Under the pieces are notes generated by a model. That model was given only the letters and a program-made list of their open reading frames with translations. It was not told the origin of the DNA and made no database searches. From Eledone cirrhosa (Eukaryota), in NCBI GenBank assembly GCA_964016885.1, contig OZ024742.1, positions 248,434,001 to 248,498,000 on the forward strand: a stretch of 64,000 bases of DNA, read 5' to 3'. Positions 13,849-27,602 of the stretch are shown in pieces (the stretch's first letter is position 1; each line of letters begins with the position of its first letter). The translations under genes were made by a program, and so were the position numbers.

Positions 13849-14069
13849 CATATGTGTGCGTGTAGTATGTTTGTGTGTGTGCGTTTGTGTGTCTGTGTAT
13901 GTTTTCCTTCCCATTTTTATCTGTATGAAGAACTTTTTCGGCTTGTCGTTTATGTAAATATATAAACTGGATTACATAAACACCCGTGGTTTTGCTTCGA
14001 AGACATGAAGCTTTACACGTATACGCATACTCTACCCGCACACTCATATATGGAACTAGCTGTTGAAAC

Positions 14070-14255
14070 GGAATCAGAATGGAGGCGGTAAAAACCAGTT
14101 AGACAATTACTCAGCATAGTACTCGATACTTGGGTCAGTAGAGTGGGTAATATGAAAAATTTGGGACTCTGATGACTGAGCTACAGCCATTTCAACGGCC
14201 GGATCTATCTGTCGAAACGGACAGAGCTCAGCTGTCGGGGACCCGAATATTTCGT
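14070..14255 (-). mobile_element. Family A diverged copy
   Basis: agtactcgatacttgggtcagtagagtgggtaat..gtcgaaacggacagagctcagctgtcgggg. Confidence 0.7.
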
Positions 14256-14679
14256 ATATATATATATATATATACAATAAGAAAATGCGAAGTAGTTTCA
14301 GATGTTAAAGTCCTTTATTGATGAGACTTAGATACATATTTCAACGCCAACAGTGGTCACACGATTTCGCCTGACCAGTGCCATGATCAAATCAGACAGA
14401 TTCTTACATTATAAGGTTACGATCTCGTGGCAATCCAAATTTAAACAAAATGACGGACAAATAGGAAGCGCTTGACGAGTTCGCCCGTCTCCTTGTGAGC
14501 GCTAATTAAATCCAAAGCTTTGTACAGGCGCAAATGTGGAGGAAATTGGCCATCTATCTTCTACCCCAAATCACACTCTTGTCGATACAGCCACGTAGCC
14601 ACCAAGCTCTTCGGCAATAAGCCCGAAACTAGCTGTTTGCAAGAGCTCAGCCGTCCGTTCCAGATTCTTTATATGTATA

Positions 14680-14838
14680 TAGTGTAGTAAATGTTTTGTA
14701 GAAATATCAAAGGGTAAGAGCAATCAGTCCATATGAGTTTACTATATATGATTACAACGGTGATATAAATAGGTACTTACGTTTCGTTTGCTGTCGGACC
14801 CCAACGAAACTTAAGTACCTGTCTATGTCACTGTTATA

Positions 14839-14842
<4 letters not shown>
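14680..14842 (-). mobile_element. Fold-back mini-element, family B (second copy)
   Basis: attacaacggtgatataaataggtacttacgtttcgtt / aacgaaacttaagtacctgtctatgtcactgttataat. Confidence 0.7.
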
Positions 14843-14922
<80 letters not shown>

Positions 14923-15195
14923 AGACGCACGAGGAGCAAATATATCCATTTTGTCTGTTGCTTCCTCAGACTTATAATTTTATATATATATACATATATA
15001 TATATTGTCTGAATGTATCTATACACCTGGTTTGTGCATCGAGTGCTCGTTCATATACGTACCACCCATGTAATTCACCGAAAAGCATATTGAGCACTCG
15101 ATACCCAGGTCGAGTATAAATATACATATATATATATATGTATATATATTTATATATATATATATATTTATATATATGTATATATGTATATACAT

Positions 15196-15231
<36 letters not shown>

Positions 15232-15824
15232 AGAAGAAGTTTATGAAACGGAAATGCGGGTATAAAGAATTTATTAGGTAACAATTGTTTCTATAGTGTA
15301 CGGGTTACCTATACCTCGCTATTTGAATAATATAAAAATATTATCATAAATCATAGGTACACTGTAAGAAAACACACCATGTCGTCGGACCTTTGGAGTA
15401 GAATGATATGAAAATATTTTATACACTAGATATAAGATAAAGAAGGAGGTAGGAAGGGAAGAGGAAGAGGGAAGCGAGTAAGGTGGATGGAGTCTTAGGA
15501 TTTAAGACTGTCAGAGTAGTAGAGATTGTAAGGAGAGAATGCTTTGGCAGCAGTTAGCTTAATGAGGCGTGTTAGGGTTGGCGGAGGATGTAAATTCTTC
15601 TAGTGGTGTTGTTTGGACAAAATTTAGTTAAAGGGGTCAAAGTGGTACAGAGTTACCGACAAGTTATTGGGGCTATTATAGTAGCAGGTTATTTCTAAAG
15701 GGGGCCAAAAAACAGTGTTTAGTACTATTATTATAGAAAGCCATATCGTGTGTATAAACATATAAAACAGAAATTTGCAAACGGTGGTGTAAAAAGGTAA
15801 CATTACATGCATATATATATATAT

Positions 15825-15902
<78 letters not shown>

Positions 15903-16157
15903 AGGAGTAGGTGTAGTAATAAAGTCAACACTATATTCCTGCATCATAGCTTCGGTAAACATTACATGTTATGTTGTTGCTCATCTTGTTCTTTTCTGAT
16001 TATATCCTCCCATTGTCACATGTAAGTCTGGAAAAGGGATGTTTCTCCCCTCTCCCCTCTATCTTTTTATCTCCCTTCACCCTCTCACTATCTCTTCTCC
16101 TCTCTCATTATCTTATTATATCTTTTTCTTTATATATATTTGTAAATATATATAAAT

Positions 16158-16403
16158 ATATTAAATTAAAACTAAAAAGTTGAATGACATATATACATAA
16201 AATAAACACATCAAACAATTACAGGGGATAAATTGTAAAGAGTGTAAACACACAAAGTTACCGAGGTAACATGACAAAAATGTTTGATATATTAGTCCCG
16301 TAACTATGTGTGTTTACACTCGTTACAATTTGTACCTTGTAAATGTTTGATCTGTTTATTTTTTATATATATGCCAGTCAACATTTTATTTTTAATTTAA
16401 TAT
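16158..16403. repeat. Imperfect palindrome (~100-bp arms)
   Basis: gagtgtaaacacacaaagttac / gtaactatgtgtgtttacactc. Confidence 0.75.
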
Positions 16404-17538
16404 AAATGCTCGGATTTACTTCTTGGAATCTTTCAGCTTATTCCACGGGCGGTATGGGGCAAACTTCGGATATACTCAGACATGATATCTTCAATATATG
16501 ACGGGACGTCAGTTTGTTCGAAGATGTACATTGAGTAAGAAGAAAATGACAATTAATGACACTTGGGATTCTGTTTGTTGAAAGTTTTGAGATTTGAAGT
16601 TGAGATTAATGCAGTTAATTGGTTGGTTGGGGTGCTGTTAATTGGCTGGTTGTGTTCGACTCTCTTCGCCGGAGATTCCAGATTGACGTGACTGCCTTCT
16701 GCTGTTACAGCCGCTGTTTTGAAAATCTTGATGTTGTTTGTATTTATGTTGACGTAAATTGCCAGGCGCCATTTGTAAGCAGAAGGCTCTCGGGTTGTTA
16801 ATATTCTGACGTGTGACATCTGACGCTTCAAACTTGCAAAGCCAAGTACAGTGATGGCCGGTAAACGATGACTAGGATTTCTCGGGGCGTATCCAGCATC
16901 ACAGCCAGAAGCAGGAACGGTATTTCTTGTATTTCGTTTAACTGCCAGGATCAAATCGTTTCCCTATACAAAAAGGTGTAAGCCGGAAACCATAATTGAG
17001 ATTCTACTGTCGTCATTCGTGTTGTTATCGCCACGGTTAAGGAAATTAGGGCAAAACTTGGTCAATTTGATCAATTTAACTTTATATATGTAGGTAACTT
17101 CCTGGAGTTGAGATGGGGAGTGTAAAACTAACAGATGGCGCACACCTTTAGCAAAATGAGAAGACCTGTATAAGATGATCCTTGATTGACCCTAGAAGGT
17201 CATCTCTTTATTCGGATATAAAAGGTCATTCTTTATTGATCATGTTATCCGCAATTGTTCACAGTTTATCTTACATGAAACAGCCGAACTTTCCTAATGT
17301 TAATAGTATTGTTAATTCATGAGATGTCCTTGAGGTAAACGAAGATAAAAAATGTAAGTAACTATTATATGTAAATTATATGTACATATATACACACACA
17401 GACACACATACATACACACAACACACACACCCACACCCACACCCACACACACACACATATATATATATATAGTGACAATAAGAAGTCAGATGTGCCCCTG
17501 GTTGAAAATGTATAGCATATATATATATATATATATAT

Positions 17539-17754
17539 ATTTATTAAAATAATAGATTAAAGTTTAAGCAAAGAATCGCTGCTTTCACCCTTAACGGGAT
17601 CTTCTGAAACTAACTAAGGGTGAAAGCAACGATTCTTTGCTTAAACATTAATCTGTTATTTTAATAAATATTTGCTCTACGGTTCTTATATATTTGATAT
17701 ATATTTATCCTTATCGAGCCCTCTTTGGATTTTAGTCTTCAAATTTAATATTAT

Positions 17755-17755
<1 letters not shown>
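17539..17755 (+). repeat. Palindrome (17539-17670) plus tail
   Basis: aagcaaagaatcgctgctttcaccctta / taagggtgaaagcaacgattctttgctt. Confidence 0.8.
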
Positions 17756-17802
<47 letters not shown>

Positions 17803-18025
17803 GAAAAGACTCAGGACCCCGACGGCAGAGCTCCAGCCGTTTCGACAGATAGATCTGAACTCATATATATATTATTATAAGCTTCGAATTGTATTTAGGA
17901 ATTAATCTTGACAGGGGCTACTTCCTTATTCATCAAACATGCCGTCATTATACAAACATATATACATACATTCATACGCACACACATACATACATACATG
18001 CATACATACATACATGCATACATAC

Positions 18026-18667
18026 ATGGTGGCTGCCAACTCGTTTTCGAGTACGGCCCTAACTTTATATCCATGTACGAGAACTCCTACCAATGCGCTG
18101 AACGAGTGTGGATTTTAGTCCAGCCAGCGATTTGAAAACTCTGGTACAAACACTACACTTGTGACAATTATTGACACATAGTGCTGGGCCCATGGTACCA
18201 TGTGATGACAAGTGCAGGGAGATCTCCAGATATAAAGCAATGCTTGTGCCGTGAAGCTTTTAGAGTGAGCAAAGGCACTGCACAAACCCAGTCCCACTCT
18301 CTTAACCAAGATGATATTTACCAAAAAGAAGAACAAGTCAACATCATTGGATACCGTCAGAGTTCCAGGTGTTATATCAGAGTTTTCCTTCTCCTAGAAT
18401 TCTGCCTTGACAAAGGCTAAGGGGTCATCTCTCCCGGTGATTTTGGATGGCCATTGACTCTTAAGAGCTCCTTTGCTCTTTGACAGGTTTTGTTTTTAGT
18501 CCTGCAGGATGTCCAAAGTCACCCTCCTCAACAATAAACCTTGGTGGGGTTGCCAGTTTAGTCGCCAACGACCCGACCATGGGAGAGGTTGTACTGGGAT
18601 ACATGTTACCAATAGCCCAACTGGTGACCTGACATAAATATATATATATATATATATACACACACTT

Positions 18668-18698
<31 letters not shown>

Positions 18699-19453
18699 CA
18701 TACATATATATATATATATACATATATATATACACATATATATACATACATACATATATATACATATACATACATATATACATACATATATATACATATA
18801 CACACATATATATATATATATATATATGGTGGCTGCCAACTCGTTTTCGAGTACGGCTACTTTATATCCATTAGGAGAACTCCTACCGATTCGCTGAACG
18901 AGTGTGACTTTGGATGGCCATTGACTCTTAAGAGCTCCTTTTCACTTTGACAGGTTTTGTTTTTATTCCTGCAGGATGTCAAAAGTCACCCTCCTCACCA
19001 AGAAACCTGACCATGAGACAGGTTGTACTGGGATACATGTTACCAATAGCACCAACTGGTGACCTGACATAAATATATATATATATATCTATACATACAT
19101 ATATATATACATACACATATACACACACATATACATACACACATATACACATATACATATATATATATTATATATATATATACATACATATATATATATA
19201 TATATATACACATATATATATACACATATATACACACATATATACACACATACACATATATATACATACGCATACACATACATACATATACAGATACATA
19301 CACATATATATATATACATATACATACATATACATATACGTACATATACACATACATATATATATAAACACATACATATACACATATATAAATAAATACA
19401 TACATATATATACATATATAAATACATACATATATACACATACAAATTCATAC

Positions 19454-19484
<31 letters not shown>

Positions 19485-20471
19485 CACATATACATACATA
19501 TATACACACATGCACATATATATATATATACATACATATACATACACATATACATACACATATATATATATATACATATATATATATACATATATACATG
19601 GTGGCTGCCAACTCGGTTTCGAGTACGGCCACTACTTTATATCCATGTAGGAGAACCCCTACCAATGCGCTGAACGAGTGTGACTTTTTAGTCCAGCCAG
19701 CGACTTGAAAACTCTGGTACAAACACTACACTTGTGACAATTATTGACACATAGTGCTGGGCCCATGGTACCATGTGACGACAAGTGCAGAGAGATCTCC
19801 AGATATAAAGCAATGCCTGTGCTGTGAAGCTTTTATAGTGAGCAAAGGCACTGCACAAAGCCAGTCCCACTCTCTTAACCAAGATGATATTTACCAAAAA
19901 GAAGAACAATTCAACATCATTGGATACCATCAGGGTTGCAGGTGTTATATCAGAGTTTTCCTTCTCCTAGAATTCTGCCTTGACAAAGGCTAAGGGGTCA
20001 TCTCTCCCGGTGATTTTGGATGGCTATTGACTCTTAAGAGCCCCTTTGCCTTTTGATATATATACATACACACATACATACACACATATAAATACATATA
20101 TATATGGTGGCTGCCAACTCGTTTTCGAGTACGGCCACCACTTTATATTCATGTAGGAGAACCCCTACCGATGCACTCTGGTACAAACACTACACTTGTG
20201 ACAATTATTGACATAGTGCTGGGCCCATAGTACCATGTGACAACAAGTGCAGAGCGATCTCCAGATATAAAGCAATGCCTGTGCCGTGAAGCTTTTAGAG
20301 TGAGCAAAGGCACTGCACAAAGCCAGTCCCACTCTCTTAACCAAGATGATATTTACCAAAAAGAAGAACAAGTCAACATCATTGGATACCATTAGGGTTG
20401 CAGGTGTTATATCAGAGTTTTCCTTCTCCTAGAATTCTGCCTTGACGAAGGCTAAGGGGTCATCTCTCCCG
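18026..20471. repeat. Four tandem, variably deleted copies of a ~610-bp retroposon-like unit separated by (TA/CA)n; diverged homologue at ~52308-52545
   Basis: atggtggctgccaactcg starts at ~18026, 18826, 19598, 20104. Minus strand carries aggagaaggaaaactctga, which I associate with RTE 5' regions and some SINEs. Confidence 0.85.
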
Positions 20472-20577
20472 GACATATATATATATACATATATATATAC
20501 ATACATATATATTCACATACATATATAAACACACACATATATATATACTACATATATACATATGCATACATATACAC

Positions 20578-21071
20578 GATGGAAGCCGCGGAGTGGGGAG
20601 ACCCAAGACTACCTGGGATCAGGTGATAAAGGCCGACCGTAACCAATTGCACCTCTCAAGAGCAATGACACATTACTGTGACCTCTGGTGTCACGCAGTA
20701 ATACAGAATACCCCACCCCCCACAGGAACAAGCCGAAGCTGAAGCATATAGGCAATATTCCCCCACACCCTCACACTGCAAAGTGGTCATGGAGGTGCCA
20801 TGGCAAAAAAGAACCCAGCCCACACTGTAGAGTGGACGTGTCGCCGCCACAGAAAAAAGCACCCAGCACTCACTGCAATGAGGCCGGCGTTAGGAAGAGC
20901 ATCCAGCTGCAGAAATGAAGCCAGAATCAGTTCCTGTATGAGCAAGACAAGGTCAGCCAACTGGACACTGCTCACAACAGGACAACCCGTCTAACCCATG
21001 CTAACGTGGAAGAACAGACGCAAAACGGTGATGATGACGACGATGATATATATATATACCCATGCTAAACC

Positions 21072-21125
<54 letters not shown>

Positions 21126-21226
21126 AAACCCGCCAGACAGTCCCATACGAGCAAGACAACCAATCTTGCCTCAAGTGGGAAAACTCCCGTCCAAACCCAT
21201 GCAAGCGCGGAAGATGGACGCCAAAC

Positions 21227-21265
<39 letters not shown>

Positions 21266-21320
21266 ACCCATTCTAAACCTATGCTAGCGTGGAAGATAGG
21301 CGTTAAACGATGATGATGAT
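20578..21320 (+). mobile_element. RTE LINE 3' end plus two extra 3'-terminal fragments with (GAT)n tails
   Basis: GRPKTTWDQVIKAD; aacccatgc..gtggaag..acg..aaacgatgatga variants at ~20993, ~21194, ~21275. Confidence 0.75.
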
Positions 21321-21479
21321 ACATATACATATATATAAGAATAACTTTTGTGATAATTATATCACTAAAGAATAAGAATCAGAAAAGTCATTCCCATCAT
21401 TTATCATATATATATATATTTTTTTGGCACAAAGGATTTCTTTTATTTCTACTACATACACACACATATATTTGTATGT

Positions 21480-21930
21480 GCATGGTATCTCTGATCAAAC
21501 CATGACACTTATGTTGCCACTCCACTTTAACCACTTTATGATTTTGGTCAGTCAGTGAGTACACTTCATCTGTTTCTTGTAAATGCCTCAGAAGGAATAG
21601 ATACATTTTATGTGGATCTGCATGTAGTATTGAAAAATGTAAATAGGAATGAGAAATGTGTAGTGCTGGGGGATTTGAATGCTGGTGTTAGATGTGACTC
21701 TACTACATGGAGTAGCATAGGTTGTCATGGAATGGGAAAGTGTAATAGCAAAGGACTTCTTCTTTTGCAGAAGAACAAGTAGAAAGGGACCTGGATGCAC
21801 CCACTTTCATGTCATTGGCATATTATTAACTATGTGATTGTAAGATGCAATGATTGGAGTGATGTCAGATCTATCCATTGTATAAGAGGGGCAGAATGTT
21901 GGACGGACTGTCATTTCCTAATAGTAATTC
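21480..21930 (+). mobile_element. RTE (BovB-like) AP-endonuclease remnant
   Basis: DTFY..VVLGDLNA..HGMGKCNSKGLLLL; TWMHP..HWHIINYVIVR..GAECWTD. Confidence 0.85.
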
Positions 21931-21970
21931 TCCATACATACATACATACATACATACATACATACATACA

Positions 21971-22002
<32 letters not shown>

Positions 22003-22893
22003 GCTGGCACCTTCAACATTTGCAAAACATTCTTGCGATTCAAGGGATGACAATTACTTTTCTTTTACAAACTTGCCACCAGGAAGGTGGCCGGTCAAAA
22101 AAATATACTCGAAATTAAGAGAAAGAGATAATATACAAATACGTACATACATACTAAGGATATATATGTTAACATATATAATATGTTTATGTTTAATAAA
22201 CACATTAGAGACGTGCTATGAGAGAAATCAAGATTAGCGAATGTTGGACCAAATATCTGATACTTTCTCCGGTAACTGAGATAAGCTGTACATTGTTCAC
22301 AGCACAAAACTGAGAAAACATAGTTTGTTAGAGAAATATTATTTTTATAGCGTGTCACTCAGATATTTATTGCGCATAAACTAATCGTATCTGTTTTCAT
22401 ATACATCCCGATTATTGTTAACTTTGTTATTATGGCTGCCACCAATTAACTAAAACCAGCTAAGTCCACCATATATATAAATAAGATTTTGCAGCCGATG
22501 TTTTCTATTTGCGATATGCAAATCTGCATCTCATGCAAATAATAAATACGCAAATTCTATATAGATTTTAGCCTATTATCTATCCCAGTGCCAGTTGAGT
22601 GAGTGTCACTCATTAAAGATTAAGGAATCTTGAAAGAGGCGTCTGACATTGTCTGTGGTCAGTGAGATAAACTGCAACTTATTTATAGTGAATAAAAATC
22701 CCCTGGGAAAAATCGTTTCCTAACGAACTTCCTTTCTTTCATGTCGTTTCATATCGTTCCATGTCGAGACTTACATGTGTTTAATATACACAAAAGTATC
22801 GTATATGTTGTTATATATATTATTACTATAGTAAACAACACTGTATTAGTGGTATCAACAAAACATATGTATATACATATGTATATGCATATG

Positions 22894-23073
<180 letters not shown>

Positions 23074-23139
23074 TATAAGTGGTTACCCAACAGTTAGTTC
23101 ACCATTCCGAGAACAATTGTTTCACCTTAGCGGGGATAA

Positions 23140-23274
<135 letters not shown>

Positions 23275-23275
23275 C

Positions 23276-23526
23276 TCCAAACTGAATCTGAACCGATAAG
23301 GTCTGGTTTCTTGGGTATGCCACCATTTATAAAACAATCTTTTTATTTCATATGATGAGTGTCTACCAAAATGTTGGTACCCTTGAAATATATATAATAG
23401 AATAAATATGTTTTTATAAATATAGTTTCCATTTATTAATATCATTGACATTATACTGTAGAGTGCTTCGAATCTGTTATAAATAAATTTGTTGAATAAC
23501 CAAAAAATTAAATATCTGTTTTCCTT
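23276..23526 (+). mobile_element. pLTR-like fragment with decayed HHR (ATGATGA..GAAA-tatata-TA) and tail
   Basis: Stem II accaa/ttggt; GAGTGCT at 23461; flanked by (TA)n. Confidence 0.5.
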
Positions 23527-23529
23527 ATA

Positions 23530-23825
<296 letters not shown>

Positions 23826-23828
23826 ATA

Positions 23829-24045
<217 letters not shown>

Positions 24046-24096
24046 TTAGTATATTTACCAACATATGCGTACAGATGTACACTAATGCTAGCAAAT

Positions 24097-24132
<36 letters not shown>

Positions 24133-24178
24133 CATGTATCACACTCTGGACCTATACCACCTACCACATTTTTTATCA

Positions 24179-24364
24179 TTGGTGGATTAGCAGTATCGGT
24201 AGAGGGTCGGACGCCATGCTTTCCAGCATAGTTACGTCCCTTTACGACCTGATTTCAAATCCCGCCGAGGTTGACTCTGCCTTTCATCCTTACGGGGTCG
24301 ATAAAATAAAGTACCAGTAATGCACTGGGTAATTGCTGGCCTTGTGCCTAACGTAGAAACAATT
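24179..24364 (+). mobile_element. tRNA-derived SINE (Meta-domain-like core)
   Basis: B-box-like gatttcaaatccc followed by gcctttcatccttacggggtcgataaaataaagtaccag. Confidence 0.85.
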
Positions 24365-24557
24365 CTTTTTTTTTTTTTTTACTTTGTAACTTCCCTCCTT
24401 AAAAAACCCCTTACTCCTCGGAGTTCCTGTTCTTCCTCTATCCGAACTTTCCTGTTATCCCCCTATCCGACTTGTCCAAAACCTTTATGTCTCCTCCAAT
24501 TTCGCCATCGGTGAACCTATTATAACTGTATTTTGTACGTTCGTTTTCAATTATATA

Positions 24558-24609
<52 letters not shown>

Positions 24610-24612
<3 letters not shown>

Positions 24613-24758
24613 CGAAGGAAATGTGATAAGGAACCAGGTGGACCATAACGCACCAAAGTACTCAATACATAGGGTAGTAGAGTGGGTAATACGAACGAGT
24701 AGTCCAGAAATAGCCGTCGAAACGGCTTGAGCTCTGCCGTCGGGGTCCTATTTGTTCC

Positions 24759-24760
<2 letters not shown>
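24610..24760 (-). mobile_element. Family A copy, left arm mostly deleted
   Basis: Tail plus right arm. Confidence 0.8.
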
Positions 24761-24828
<68 letters not shown>

Positions 24829-25175
24829 ACCATACGCACGTATATATATATTTATATATACATATATACACACATATATACATGCATAAATAAATCAGCT
24901 TAGAGACTTTATTAACTAAAGACTAATAGTGTGTCAGATAGATGGACGAATTAACAGTGCCAAAAGCCCAAATCAAAATAAGTCTATCAACACCAACACC
25001 GATAACGACACAAACACCACACCAACATCAACATCATCACCATCATCGAAACTAGCACCATAAGAATTAACTATGTTATTTATTATGTACATAATTTAAA
25101 CATACTATATATAGTAGGAATATGTATTGGTTGTCCTATTTATTTCTTTTTAATGTCAATATTATAGAAACCACA

Positions 25176-25254
<79 letters not shown>

Positions 25255-25385
25255 TAATTCAGCGAGAATCGTATTTCGGCTGGTAGAAAAAGCGAAACGA
25301 AACGCAAAATCATAGAAATGCTGGCAAGCGCTCAATAGTTAAAAAACTAGAGCTAAACAATATATTAAAACGACTTACAAACTGA

Positions 25386-25449
<64 letters not shown>

Positions 25450-25453
<4 letters not shown>

Positions 25454-25642
25454 AACGAGTAGGACCCCGACGGCTGAGCTCAAGCCGTTTCGACGGCTAA
25501 TTCTGGACTAATTTAGTCGTCGAAACGGCTTGAACTCAGCCGTCGGGGTCCTACTCGTTCCTATTACCCACTCTATTACACTAAGTATTGAGTACTTTGG
25601 TGCGTTATGGTCCATCTGGTTCCTTACCACATTTCCTTCGTT
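25450..25642 (+). mobile_element. Family A hairpin+tail mini-element (complete copy)
   Basis: Reverse complement of 3464-3660, in (TA)n. Confidence 0.85.
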
Positions 25643-25657
25643 ATATATATATATGCA

Positions 25658-25780
<123 letters not shown>

Positions 25781-25989
25781 TTATTTGCACCAGCGTACAT
25801 TTATGTTGTTATTGTGTGTTTGTAAGCGTGTACGTGTGCTTGTACGTAAGCCTGCGAAAAGGAATATATTTTTGCAAATGTTGTTCCCTATTGATCGAAG
25901 AATGGATTGATAGAATCTGGTGTCGCTTAGCTAGGAATTGCAGATAATGAAATGAAATTGCATCATGCAACATCGTTGCTTGATGCACA

Positions 25990-26154
<165 letters not shown>

Positions 26155-26248
26155 CATATGTATATATATATAAATCTACACGCATCCTCACTCGCCCAAA
26201 CACATACACATATATACACAAACACAAACGCATACACACACACACGCG

Positions 26249-26295
<47 letters not shown>

Positions 26296-26621
26296 TAATA
26301 CATTTATATATATATTTATATATTTATATATTTATATATATATGAATATATATAATTTTTTATATATATATATATATGTATGTGTGTGTATGTGTGTAGT
26401 TTTATATATATGTCTGTGTGTGTATGTGTGTAGATTTATATATATATACATATATACTATATTATATATTATTCATATATTTTGCCTGTCATGTTTGATG
26501 TATTGCATGCGCACCGTTCACAACATCATACAACCTTATCTTACATACAGATATACACACTCATACATGCACTTATACACACAAACAGACACAGACACAG
26601 GCCCAGACACACACAGACACG

Positions 26622-26675
<54 letters not shown>

Positions 26676-27232
26676 CAGTAATGGGATAGGGACCATCTAC
26701 ATCCCATTAATAGAGTGAACGATATTAACCTGGTCATCAAGTTTGAAAGTCTGTTTGACAACTGAACTTTCATATTAAGGAAAATATGCAATGTTGCTGA
26801 TTTGGTTTTGGAATATATATATGCAATGTATGCTGACACATATGTGTAGAATATTATTCACTGGTTACATATATGAACTCACATATATAGACTTATATAT
26901 CATGCATATTGGTGTATTCTCACCTACATGTATGGAGTCGATTAAACACCCTTGTACACATACGTCTTCATACTTTTTCACACAAAAATATATTTTACCT
27001 CACACAGACGGGGCAGTATTGATATATATGTATCTACATATGTATGTAAATCGATGTGTATGTTACTACTCACGATATTAATTGCATCAACGTTCTTCCA
27101 GTTTGATTGCTTTGCAATATTATTGCTACTGTCAACTACACAAGCCGCACCCATACACGCATACACACATACACACCCCGACGAATGCAGTCGTAAGTAT
27201 ATATAACTATACGGATACACACACACACACAC

Positions 27233-27335
<103 letters not shown>

Positions 27336-27449
27336 GATAAATCAAAATTAATTTAATCTAAATCAAATTATGTTTGTCATGCCAGAAAGACATGCGCCAT
27401 ACCACCCGAAAAATAAGCTCTAAGATTCTAATGAATAGGACCGAGCATT

Positions 27450-27554
27450 TTATAACAACTAGAAATTGATTAACATATAAATAAACATATGAAACCATCA
27501 CAAGGGATAATTTGTAAAATTATGTTTATTTATATGTTAATCAATTTACAGTTG

Positions 27555-27558
<4 letters not shown>
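27450..27558. repeat. Palindrome (~40-bp arms) abutting (TA)n
   Basis: aaattgattaacatataaataaacata / tatgtttatttatatgttaatcaattt. Confidence 0.75.

Positions 27559-27602
<44 letters not shown>

Noticed and set aside
14168-14220. CTGATGA inside a family A copy
   Set aside because: Explained by C>T decay of the family's ccgacgg sequence plus one further change.
16553-16954. 133-aa non-repetitive minus-strand ORF
   Set aside because: No recognisable domain or convincing splice context; possibly TE 5' sequence.
24179-24262. tRNA gene
   Set aside because: No cloverleaf; it is the head of a multi-copy SINE.
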